A stretch of 64,000 bases of DNA from Hyaloraphidium curvatum SAG 235-1 (taxonomy: Eukaryota; Fungi; Monoblepharomycota), in assembly GCA_025558095.1 (NCBI GenBank), contig JAIVFI010000043.1:62001-126000 (forward strand). Reading direction: 5' to 3'. The position numbers and the translations under genes were made by a program. The notes beneath the pieces were generated by a model that saw only the letters and a list, made by a program, of their open reading frames with translations, was not told the origin of the DNA and did no database searches. This document shows positions 1 through 10,741 of the stretch, one piece after another; position 1 is the stretch's first letter, and each line of letters opens with the position of its first letter.

Positions 1-200
1 TCCGCGGGTTCGCGGGGCTGCTCCGCGCCGAGATCGGCCGGCGCGCACCGTGGAACACGGTCCCCTCCAACACCGGGGGCGGGCTGGCTAACTTCACCAA
101 CGTGCTGATGGCGCCTGGGAGCACGACAGCCGCGTTCCGGGGAGCGAGCGCGCTCGGATGTGGGTGGCTGCGCAAGGCAGCGTCCGTGGCGCGTTACTGA
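1..200 (+). CDS. 3' end of an unidentified CDS (partial)
   Basis: Frame 3 is open from the window edge to TGA at 198-200 with host-like GC3-rich codons; no recognisable motif. Confidence 0.3.
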   Translation, partial: RGFAGLLRAEIGRRAPWNTVPSNTGGGLANFTNVLMAPGSTTAAFRGASALGCGWLRKAASVARY

Positions 201-711
201 TCTCATCTTTTTTCAGTCTTGAGCGGCACCCTGGGCCCTGCCTACGTCACCAGGCAGGCCTTCACCACGGGTGGCGCGGCCGCGTTCGCAAGTGGGTGGC
301 TTCCTTCCCGATGATACGGAGTGATTCAGATGCTGATGTTCGCCCTCCTGCCAGCACGCTGCTTGGCCCCGGAGGGCACCATCTGCGCCTGCGACAATGC
401 ACAATCGAGCGCGTGCGCGGTGTCGGGGCTGCAATGCGTCTGTCGGTGATGGGGAACACGCAAAAGGGCTGTTGAAACACGCAGACAGCACCCTCAAGGA
501 GAATGTCTGTGTCTCGTGTCCAATGGACCCAAGAGCAGCTCGGATGCCGGCCAATCCAATCCTTACTTCCCTATCCGGCTGTCCGGTCATGCATGCGTCA
601 CTCGGCGCGACGCGGCCGACTGCGGCCGGGGCCTTGCGTGCGTCGGATGCGTCATTGCGGGCCCAAACAAACATTCAGGTTCCGACGCCACTCGCCCGCG
701 CCTACCCGTCG

Positions 712-1968
712 ATGGCCGCGGCAGACGCGTCCGGAAGCTCATCATTGGCGCCCGAACCGCCCACGGACGCCCTGCTCGCCGCCTTCCGCGCCGCGTTCCC
801 GCGCCACTCCTCCGCCCCGCTCGCCTTCTCCGCGCCGGGCGGCGTCGAGCTGTGCGGCGCCCACACGTACGAGCAGAAGGGCCGCGCAGTTGCCGTGGCG
901 GTGGACCCGCCGACGAGCCTGGTTTGCGCGCCCAGCGGGTCGCCGGTGTTCACGCTGGCGTCGCTGGGAGGGGAACGCGTCTCGGTGGACCTCGCCTCGC
1001 TGGAGCCCGTGGAGGCGGAGAAGGGCACCGTGGAGGCGCTCATTCGCGGCGTTGCCAGCGGACTGTCGCAAAAAGGTTACCGAACCGCTGGCCTGGACGC
1101 CGCCGTCGGCTCGGCAGAGCCCGTCGCCCCGGGCTTCCCTTCCTCTGCCTCCCTCGGCGTCGTCCTCTGCTGCGCCTTCCTGGGGGCGCTGAACGACCCA
1201 CCGCCAAATTCTATCCCGCCCATGACGCCCACGGACATCGCCATGGTCGCGCACCGCGCCGAAATGCTCTTTTTTGGCCGCCCGTGGGGCCCGGCGACCC
1301 ACCTTGCGTCGGCCCACGGCTCCGTTGTAGCCGTCGACTACTCCTTCTCTCCACCCAGGGCGGAAAAGGTCCCCATGGACCTCCCCTCCGCCGGCCTCTC
1401 CCTCCTCCTCGCCTCCCCCTCCCCTCCCTTCCACCCCTCGCCGGCGCTCCTCGCCGCCCTGCACCACGACATGTCCTCCATCGCGCGGTGGTGCTCCCTC
1501 GGCGAAGCAACGGCGCTGGGCGACTGCAACGGCGACGAGTTCCTCGACATGGTCCCGCAGCTGCGCCGGCACGGCGTGCCGGACGGGGCGGTGCTGAGGG
1601 CGCTGCACTTTTTCGAGGAATCCGCGCGCGCGGACGACATCGCCGCCGTGTTGCGGTCCCCCGCGCCCGGCTTTTCGGCCGTGCTGGATGCCGTGCTCGC
1701 GTCGGGGCGGTCGGCGGCCATGTACCTCCAGGCGCTGCACGAGGCGCCGGAGCACCAGCCTGCGGAGCTCGCGCTCGCAATCACGGAGCAGTTCCTGGCC
1801 TCTCGGGGGGCGAAGGGGGCCTGGAGGGCGGGGGAGGGGAGCACGGTGCTGGCAATCGTGCCCGGGGAGCTTGCCGGGGAGCTGCAGGAGGTGCTCGAGG
1901 AGGCATTCGGCCCGGGGTGCGCCGTCCGCGCTTCGGTTCGGGCTACCGGGGCAGGGAAGACGTCGTAG
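712..1968 (+). CDS. Galactokinase-like GHMP-family protein, intronless, catalytic motifs degenerate
   Basis: FSAPGGVELCGAHT (cf. APGRxExxGxHTD), GFPSSAS (cf. GxGLSSSA), AEMLFFGRPWG, LRALHFFEE, SGRSAAMYLQ; ATG at 712. Confidence 0.8.
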   Translation: MAAADASGSSSLAPEPPTDALLAAFRAAFPRHSSAPLAFSAPGGVELCGAHTYEQKGRAVAVAVDPPTSLVCAPSGSPVFTLASLGGERVSVDLASLEPVEAEKGTVEALIRGVASGLSQKGYRTAGLDAAVGSAEPVAPGFPSSASLGVVLCCAFLGALNDPPPNSIPPMTPTDIAMVAHRAEMLFFGRPWGPATHLASAHGSVVAVDYSFSPPRAEKVPMDLPSAGLSLLLASPSPPFHPSPALLAALHHDMSSIARWCSLGEATALGDCNGDEFLDMVPQLRRHGVPDGAVLRALHFFEESARADDIAAVLRSPAPGFSAVLDAVLASGRSAAMYLQALHEAPEHQPAELALAITEQFLASRGAKGAWRAGEGSTVLAIVPGELAGELQEVLEEAFGPGCAVRASVRATGAGKTS

Positions 1969-1986
1969 CAGCTTTGCCCGGCATGT

Positions 1987-3930
1987 TCATTCCGCCGCCA
2001 GCACATGGAACGGGTTGCTCGCCGGCGACGGCCGCGCCTTCCTCCCGGCCGCCCCCGCCTTCTTCGCCCCCTCCCGCTTCCCCTTCCTCGCCGTAGCCGC
2101 CCTGCCCACCGCCTCCCCGCCCGCGTAGTCGAACACCGCGTCCACGTCCCCGCCCAGCATCCCCACCGCCTCGTCGTACCTCCCGCGCAGGTCCTCCCCC
2201 GCCGCGAGCTCCCCCGCCAGCGCGGCGATCCCCGCCCCGCCCTTGGCCCTGCCCAGCGCGGCGAGCAGCGGCGCCGCGTCCCACTCCGCCAGCCTGTCCG
2301 CGGCGTCTGCCAGCCCCAGCGTGCGGAGGAGCACGGAGCACGAGGCGAGGAAGCACTGCAGGCACGCCGAGAGGTGCACGTTCCTCCGTGTCCATGCCGA
2401 CGCCGGTACCGGCGATGCGGTTCCGGGGGCGACGACGAGCGAGGCGAGCACGGCGAGCAGCTCGTGGTTGCCGAGCCTGGATGTGCGCGCGAGGGAGCGG
2501 GCGAAGGAGACGGAGAGGGCGGTGGGGAGGTCGACCGGCGAGGGGGAGAGGCGGGAGAGGAGGATGGATGTGAAGAGGGAGTGGGCGAGCTCGGTGGGGA
2601 GGCTCGTGAGGTCGCTGGCCCCACGGATGCCGAGGTCAGCTGCAAGCGAGACGAGTTCCGTGCGATCTGCCGGCGAAACAACTTCGCTGGCCATGGAGAC
2701 CACGTCGCGGAGGTACTCCGTCACCGGCTGCCCGCCGAGCAGCGCGTACGCGAAGCTCCGCACCCGCCGCCCCGGCTCCCACGAGCACCCCGAGCCGTGG
2801 TCCTCCAGCACGGGCGTGCAGAAGAACGACGCGGACCGGGCGATCTCGGCCACCTTGGGGTGCTGCCACGCGAACGGCGGGTCCGCGGGGAGCCGGTAGC
2901 TCCCGCTCGACAGCTCCAGGGTGTCCATGACGGGCGGCGGCAGGCCGCCGTTGGCGATGGTGATGGCGCCCAGCTGCTGCCGCTCCGTGGTCATCGTCCG
3001 GATGCGCAGGAACGCGGCGGCGTCCAGGATCCGCCGGTGCGAGGGCGACGCCGAACCCCTGGCGTCGGTGGCGGGGATCCGGACGGTCGAGGCAAAGTGG
3101 CCCGTCAGGTCGTTACCCACCAGGCCGGCAAACAGCGGCAGCGCGTCCTCGCGGAGGTCCAGCAGGGAGGCGAGGTAGCCCGGGGGAAAGACCTCGAGCT
3201 CAAGCTCGACGGCGCCGTCGCCAGCGCGAAGGGCCATCGATTCCAGGGAAGCGTAGGAGAAGGACGACGGGGTCATGGCGAGAAAGTCCGTATCGTTGGA
3301 GAGCACCACAGTGTCGGCATCCCCGTCGTCCGCCTGGGGCCAGAAGTTGCTCGCGACCCATGCCGCGGCGGCGTCCGCCTCATCCGCGGCAAAGACGATC
3401 CCGCCTGCCGGTCTGTCCCCGTGCGGTGCCAGCTGCGGGCCCAGCACCTGCATCCCGAAATCTGCCCGCAGCCTGCCGACGACCCGGTCGAACAGCAGCG
3501 GCGGCACCACGGCGCCGATGCCCGGGCGGTTGGGCACCGAGGGCAGGGACGAGACGGCGTCCCTCACGGTGCGCAGCTTGCCCGAGTCGCGGTCGAAGCG
3601 CGTCCGGTACTTTGCTTTCGGCAGCGTGCCGTCGAACACGACGACGAGGCGGCCGCCCGACACGTCGCGCAGCCGCCCGACGAAGGCGACGAAGGCGTCG
3701 AGGAAGGCCGCCAAGCAGCCGCCCGCGATCTCGAGCGCGGCCGGCGACTCCCGCGGCGCCGACACGACGGACTGCACGATGCGGTGGTGCACCGCCGCCC
3801 AGCCGTCGAGCACGATCCGCAGGTCGGGGTGCGGCGGGCCGTGTCCGGCATCCCCGGCGGCCCGCCGCCACTTCCGCAGCTGCGGCTTGCCGTGCTGCTT
3901 CAGGAAAGTTGCGAGCCCGGAAATGCCCAT
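1987..3930 (-). CDS. Asteroid/XPG-like PIN-domain protein
   Basis: N-terminal MGISGLATFL, IVLDG, VVFDG, EADAAAA and VLSNDTDF acidic motifs of the FEN1/XPG-like PIN fold; single exon. Confidence 0.8.
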   Translation of the reverse strand: MGISGLATFLKQHGKPQLRKWRRAAGDAGHGPPHPDLRIVLDGWAAVHHRIVQSVVSAPRESPAALEIAGGCLAAFLDAFVAFVGRLRDVSGGRLVVVFDGTLPKAKYRTRFDRDSGKLRTVRDAVSSLPSVPNRPGIGAVVPPLLFDRVVGRLRADFGMQVLGPQLAPHGDRPAGGIVFAADEADAAAAWVASNFWPQADDGDADTVVLSNDTDFLAMTPSSFSYASLESMALRAGDGAVELELEVFPPGYLASLLDLREDALPLFAGLVGNDLTGHFASTVRIPATDARGSASPSHRRILDAAAFLRIRTMTTERQQLGAITIANGGLPPPVMDTLELSSGSYRLPADPPFAWQHPKVAEIARSASFFCTPVLEDHGSGCSWEPGRRVRSFAYALLGGQPVTEYLRDVVSMASEVVSPADRTELVSLAADLGIRGASDLTSLPTELAHSLFTSILLSRLSPSPVDLPTALSVSFARSLARTSRLGNHELLAVLASLVVAPGTASPVPASAWTRRNVHLSACLQCFLASCSVLLRTLGLADAADRLAEWDAAPLLAALGRAKGGAGIAALAGELAAGEDLRGRYDEAVGMLGGDVDAVFDYAGGEAVGRAATARKGKREGAKKAGAAGRKARPSPASNPFHVLAAE

Positions 3931-4399
3931 CGCGGCACTCCCGCAAGGGCCCTGCCTGCCCGGGGCCGAAGTGCGAGCTTTGTTTACGTTGCCTCGTTCC
4001 GCCCGGCCCCTCGTTGCGGGATGCGAAGTCCAAGCCAAGGCCGGACAGGGAATTGCTGCCAGGCAACCTACTGGCAAGGGGAGCAGATAGAAAAGATCTG
4101 GTCATCGGCATCCAGAGCACGGTCGGCGTCGTCCAGCCAACAGCTTGTCCTACTTGTCCTCCGGACCCCATCACCGGCAGATGCATTGGAGCTGGCCTCA
4201 AAATTGGGGATACACTGCTTCAGGAACGTCTTCGGCCCGGAAATGCCATTGGTGGCACTCCAAAAGGGAGCCCTGGGGGTTTCGGCGGGACGGGGAAAAG
4301 GACGCTCTTCTCATTCCCCGCCCTGTTTGCTGACGAAACGCGTCCGTCACTTCCCCCTTCCCTCCATCTACAGCCCGAAAACTTCTCTTCTCGATTGCC

Positions 4400-5347
4400 A
4401 TGGTATTTGCCTCGCGATTCCCAGCCCTTCGACGCGTGCTGACCGGAATGCCCGCCGACGCGTCCCTTCAAACAGGCGACGTACAAAGTCCTGTACTTCC
4501 CGATCCGCGCCCGCGCCGAGGTCACCCGCCTCATCCTGACCTACGCCGGAGTGAGCCACGTTTGCATGCCGCCGTTGAGGACGGCCGCTGACGTCTCCGC
4601 CAGGCCAAGTGGGAGAACGTCCACCCGGAATGGCCAGCGGCCAAGGCGAGCACGCCCTACGGCCAGCTGCCCGTCCTGGAGGAGACGGACGCGCAGGGCA
4701 CGTTCGTTCTTGCCCAGTCCAAGAGCATTGAGCGCTACCTTGCGAGGAAGTTCGGTGGGCCACGATAATGTCTCCCGACCGGGACGCGAGGGAACTGACG
4801 CCCCGCGGACAGGGCTGCTGGGCAAGACGGAAAAGGAGACGGCGGTGCTGGACTCTATCGTCGAGTCCTGGACTGATTTCAACACGAAATGGGGCGAGTT
4901 TGCCTTTGCCAAGCCCGAGGCCAAGGTGCGCAGGCCACGCGTTCTCCCATTTCACTGGTATCTGATTCCGTTGTGCGCGCGCACGCGCAGGAGGAGGCCA
5001 AGGCCAAGTTCTCGGAGCAGTTCTGGCCCGGGTTCGCCAAGATCCACGAGGGGCTCCTGGAGAAGAACGGCGGCAACGGGCACTACCATGGCAGCTCGGT
5101 GGGCCTCGCGCACATCCACTGCTTCCACCCTCCGCTGATGAACTCCATTTTCCGCATCATCCAGGTCACCTGGCCCGACCTCGTCCTCCTGTACATGCTG
5201 GAGCGAGTCGAGGACGCCGTCCCGGAGCTGCTCTCCCCGTCCGCCACGCCGCAGCTGAGCAAGGCGCTGCAGACCATCCGGACGGACGAGAAGCTGAAGG
5301 CCTATGTGGAGAGCAAGGACCGCGTGCCGATCACCTTCAAGCGGTGA
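4400..5347 (+). CDS. Glutathione S-transferase (sigma-like), multi-exon
   Basis: ATG|GTATTT intron, then YKVLYFPIRARAEVTRLIL, TPYGQLPVL, AQSKSIERYLARK, VTWPDL; stop at 5345-5347. Confidence 0.85.
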
Positions 5348-5558
5348 TGTATTTGCCGGAAGTCGCGGCCAGTAGACGGATGTTCTCGCCTCTTTCGGAT
5401 TCGCAGCGATGGCTGCTGGATCTCGAGTTGTGTCCGGTGAGCTTGTTGACAGTTTGGGACGACCAGACGCCCATTCGCTTTGTGTGATGCGTCCTGTGCG
5501 CACAAGTGTCACCCGCGGGTGACTCACCTCGCCCCGCTCACCACACAATTCCAGCGAC

Positions 5559-8531
5559 ATGGCCTCCAGCGGCTACATCCGCTGGTTCTCCGAGCTCGCG
5601 CTGGGCGACGTCCCCCTCGTGGGCGGCAAGAACGCGTCCCTCGGCGAGCTGGTGCGCAACCTCGCGCCGCTCGGCGTCCGCGTCCCCGACGGCTTCGCGG
5701 TCACGGGCGACGCCTACCGGGACAACCTGACGGAAAACGACTGGCAAGAACTGCATTCCCTGCTGGACGGCATCTCCAAGGAGAACAAGACCTTCTTCGC
5801 GGTTCACGAGGTCGCCGCGCGGTGCCGCGACATTGTGCACCGCAGCTGCCTCTCCCCCGCCCTCGCGGACGAGATCCTCGCGGCCTACAGGGAACTCTGT
5901 GCCCGGTACGGCGGCAAGATATCGGTCGCCGTGCGGTCCTCGGCGACGGCGGAGGACCTCCCCGATGCCTCGTTCGCCGGGCAGCACGACAGCTTCCTCA
6001 ATGTCGACGGCGAAGAGGAGGTGCTCGAGGCCTACAGGAAGTGCTGCGCTAGCCTTTTCACCGAGAGGGCGATTTCGTACCGGCTCGACAAGGTGTGACT
6101 CAAGGGTGACACCGGGCGCGGCGGCTGCTGACCCCGCGGAACCAGGGGTTTGATCACTTCAAGGTACGCCTCAGCGTCGGCATAATGAAGATGGTGCGGT
6201 CCGACATCGGCTCCGCCGGGGTCATCTTCAGTGAGTCATCCATGTCCTGCTGTCACCTTGCGTCTCACTGATCGCACCCCTCGAACCGAGCTCTCGACAC
6301 CGAAACCGGCCACCCCGACGTCGTGTTCCTCACGGGATCCTACGGGCTCGGCGAGAACGTCGTCCAGGGCGCCGTCGACCCCGACGGTGACTCCTCTCCT
6401 CCACGCCTCCCCACCGCCTGCTGATCAACCCCCTTCCCTGCGCAGAGTGGTTCGTACACAAGCCCATCTACAAGCAGGGCTACCGCGCCGTCCTCAGCCG
6501 CCGCCTGGGGAGGAAGCAGCTCACCATGGTGTACTCGGACGGCGCCCCGGGGGAGGCGCCTGTGCGCAACACCGACACCCCCAAGGACAGGATGCGGAGG
6601 TTCTGCCTGACGGACGAGCAGGTGCTCGAGCTTGCGGGGTGCGCGGTCAAGATCGAGGACCATTACTCCGCGCTGAAGGGATCCTGGCAAGGTGTGATCT
6701 ATGTCGTTGCGAGATCCGGCCCCTGACTCACACCTTCCGGCAGCGATGGACATCGAATGGGCACTCGACGGTGACGATGGCCTCCTCTACATCGTCCAGG
6801 CGCGCCCCGAGACCGCGCACTCGGCCAAGGCCGCGCGCCGCGTGCTGACCAACTACCGCCTCGTCGGCAAGGCCAAGCCGCTGTCGCGGGGGCAGGCGGT
6901 GGGGACGGCTGTCGCGCAGGGGACGGCGAGGGTGGTGCGGGAGTTTGCGGAGCTGGCGAGGTTCAAGGAGGGGGAGATCCTGGTGGCTACGTCGACGACG
7001 CCAGACTGGTGCGTCTCGCCGGACGATCGGGGTTAGCTTGTCCATTGATGCCTTCCATCGCAGGGAGCCGATCATGAAGCGCGCCGCCGGCATCGTCACC
7101 GACCACGGCGGACGCACGTGCCACGCCGCCATCGTCGCGCGGGAGCTCGGGATCCCCGCGGTGATCGGGTGCGGCGACGCGACGGGGACGGTTCCCGACG
7201 GGGCCGAGGTGACGATCGACTGCTCCGGTGGGGAAACGGGGACGGTGATGCCGGGCAAGGTCGAGTTCCGGATCGACGAGTAGGCTTCGAATCACGCTCC
7301 GTGTATGGGCCTGACGGGTCACCTGACGTACCGTCCTTCCTTCAATCTCTTCCCAGGATCAACCTCGACGAGCTCGCCCGGCCCCGCACCAAAATTATGG
7401 TCAACCTCGGCAACCCCGAGCTTGCCTTCAAAACCTCGCTGGTCCCCAACGACGGCGTCGGCCTGGCCCGGATGGAGTTCATCATCAACGAGTACGTCAA
7501 GGTTCACCCGATGGCGCTGATACACCCGGAGCGCGTGGATGATCCCAAGGCGGTCGAGACGATCCGCGAGCTGACGGCCGAGTACGCGGACGGGGGGGAG
7601 TACATGGTGCAGAGGCTGAGCGAGGGGGTTGGGATGATCGCCGCGGCGTTCTACCCGAGGCCCGTTGTCGTGCGGCTTTCGGACTTCAAGACCAACGGTC
7701 AGTCCGCTGTGATCGAGGCATGTGATGGCGAGCTGATCTTGTCCATCGTCGCTGTAGAATACGCCTCCCTGATTGGCGGCAGGAACTTCGAGCCGCTCGA
7801 GGACAACCCCATGATCGGCTTCCGCGGCGCCTCACGCTACTACCACCCGGCGTACGAGGAGGGCTTCGCGCTCGAGTGCCGCGCGCTCAAGCGCGTGCGG
7901 GAGGCCATGGGTCTTCTCAATATGGTCGTGATGATCCCATTCTGCAGGACGTTGGGGGAGGCAAAGGGGGTCCAGGCGGTCATGGAGAAGAACGGGCTCA
8001 AGCGCGGGGAGAACGGGCTCGAAATCTACTGCATGGCCGAGATCCCCAACAACGGTGGGTATTGGGTGCTCGTTCCGATGCACCTCTCGCTGGAACGCGC
8101 CCCACCCAGTCATCCTCATCAACCAGTTTTCGGAGCTCTACGACGGCTTCTCCATCGGCTCCAACGATCTCACGCAGCTCACCCTTGGCGTCGACCGCGA
8201 CTCGTCCATCGTGCAGTCCTTCGACGAGCGGGACCCCGGGGTCAAGGAGATGATCCGGCAGGTCATCGAGGGGTGCAAGCGCAACGGGCGGCACAGCGGG
8301 ATCTGCGGGCAGGCGCCGAGCGACTACCCCGAGATGGCCGAGGTGGGTGCCCATGCGGCGCGTACCGTGGATGGAGGATCGCTGACGGCGGATGGCCAGT
8401 TCGTGGTCAGGGCCGGGATCGACTCGATGAGCCTGACGCCGGATTCGGTGATGAAGACGACGGTCGCGGTGCGCAAGCTGGAGGAGCGGATGGGGATGTG
8501 GGATCAGCCTGCCGCCGCCAACGGGGCCTGA
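5559..8531 (+). CDS. ppsA: Phosphoenolpyruvate synthase (pyruvate, water dikinase), about 9 introns
   Basis: [43 protein letters not shown] (phospho-His), [61 protein letters not shown]. Introns near 6093-6145, 6231-6290, 6387-6445, 6692-6743, 7009-7063, 7280-7357, 7698-7757, 8055-8109, 8343-8399. Confidence 0.95.
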
Positions 8532-8638
8532 TGACTCTCATGGCTAGTATCTAACTACCAATCTCTTGCACGTCTGCGCAGTTCATCCCGATCCAGCCCT
8601 CCGCCCAATGCCGATCGTCGTCATCCCGCTTTCCAGCG

Positions 8639-10256
8639 CTACCTGATCCACTTTCTGTACGCGTCGTTGTAGGTCACCATCACCACCTCCTCCCACACTC
8701 CTTCGACAGCCATCCACAGCGGCTCCGCGTCGACCTCGCCCCCGTCGGGCGGCTGCCGAAGCGTGGCGACGCTCGAAGGCGGCCTCTCCGGGTCCGATCG
8801 CACGACGAGGTCGACGCCTTCGTCCTCGTTCTCGCCGGCTGCAAAGTCCCTGAATGCCATGCGCGCGGGGTCCATGATCTTCGCGGGAAGCTGCAGCTCC
8901 ATCATCGCCCCCGGCCTGATAAACGCCTGGTAGATCGCGCGGAGCCTGCGCACCACCTCGTCCGTCTCCTCATCCGCGTCGAGAGCGCGGCGGAGCATTT
9001 CGACCTCCTCCATGAAGAACCCGTTCTCGACGCAGAGGCATCGGACGAGGTAGGCGCGGAAGGCGGGCCAGTCGGGGTCGGTGTCGAAGCGCCGGGAGAA
9101 GTCGACGAGGGAGGCGACGTCGAGGGCCCGGGATCTCGGGATCGGACCTTCCTCGACAACCTTTTCGTCCTCCTTGGGGATCCCGGCGCGGGTCAAGGAG
9201 GGCCCCCGATCGTAGGAACGACCGAGGTCTTCAATCACGGGTACGACCACAGAGACGATGTGGATGAGCACGAAGGAGGCGATCGGAAAGACGAACGACG
9301 TCATCTGCTGCGCTACGATTCCATCGTTAGATCGTCAGCTGGAACCCTTGAGATCGGGACGGACGGTGCTGAGCTCACCCAGAGGCTTGGTGGCCGCGAT
9401 CTGGAACCAAACGAGGTACAACACGAACCCGGCAACACCGCCGACCAGCACGACGAATGTTTCGGTACGGATTCCGTAGGTGTCCTTCCGGGTCTGGGTC
9501 AGCTTGAAAAGTAAGTACGGCAGAAGCACCACGAGGTAGACGCCGAGAACTGGTGATCGGAGACGGTGAGCCGACCAGCGGTCCGGACGCATGCCACCTT
9601 GAGCTATACGTACGAATGTAGAAGCCGTAGAGCTCCCAGCCGTTCGGGCAGAAGCCGTCCGGGTTCTCCGGCGTGGGCTGCACGCCGAACTGGGCGTTTC
9701 GGAAGCCAGCCCCCGAAGGCGAGATGGTCAGCACAATCAGCTGGTAGAGCGTGAAGAAGCCGATGCAGATGGTGGAGAGCTGGGCATCGGAAAGGTGGCC
9801 GCAGTGGAAGACACGGCGACGCCCCGCCGATGACTTGGAGTTGGCCGGGCCGAACGACACGAGCTTCGATCGTTCCTGCAGATCGCGTGAGATTCAACGT
9901 CACTCCTTCAGCCAGTGCGGACTCACTGCCTGGTCACGCGACTCTTCGATGAACCGCCATGCCCGCGCCGCGCTCGCAAAGAAAACTATGAACGCGCCCC
10001 AAGGGCAGAGCATGGTCACGAGAGGGCACGGGTAGCCCGAGTAGTACTCGTAGGCAGCATAAAGGAGCGCGACGAGGACGAAGGTGCCCGCTCCCAGAGC
10101 GCCGAGACACGTGAGGAAGAGGCGCCGCCTCCGAAGCGCGGACGACGGCGACGTCCGCGAGGCGCGCCAGGCATAGAGGGCGGTGGTCGCGAAAATGAAG
10201 GCAAAGCCAACGACGGCGAATGCCGTGTAAATCGCCGTGTACTGAGGGTAGGCCAT
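8639..10256 (-). CDS. Multi-pass membrane protein with C-terminal RGS domain (7TM-RGS-like)
   Basis: Several hydrophobic helices across exons, then FRAYLVRCLCVENGFFMEEV...IYQAFIRPGAMMELQLP, matching the RGS-box pattern. Confidence 0.75.
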
Positions 10257-10741
10257 CGTTCTTCAGTTGAAAGTGTGAATGGGGTGAATTGGAGGTCCGG
10301 GAAAGAGTCGATCAACTCTTGTGCACTTGCCGCTTGGACCTCGACGAACCTCACGCAGGAAATAGCATTGGATTGCATGCCATCGATCAGATGGTATCGA
10401 TCTTGTTCCTCCTTCTCGAAACATCGTCCGAGATGCAACTGTTCCGTTAGGAGCATCAATGATTCACTCGCAAAGCCTCCATGCAGGCCCAACCAAACGT
10501 CTAAACGGAGGATCAAAATGACTATCATAGGAAGCGTGGTGTGCAAGACAACTTCCAGGCCGAAAATAGAATGGGTGGCCGACGCGTCGGATCGTGCCAC
10601 AGGCTTTTCGTCGGCCGCGAACAAAACATGCCCCCCATTCGTGCCGGACCTGCTGGACCTTCTACGCCATTTTGACTCCCGTTCGACACGGCTCGTTAGC
10701 GCATCGTTGTCGCCTGGTGCTGAGTGGGGCCGGACGTCGAC

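Noticed and set aside
2005-4539. 844-aa plus-strand ORF and many similar long Arg/Pro/Gly-rich ORFs (e.g. 36664-38568, 55822-57135)
   Set aside because: These are antisense or off-frame shadows of real GC3-rich genes, with no motifs of their own.
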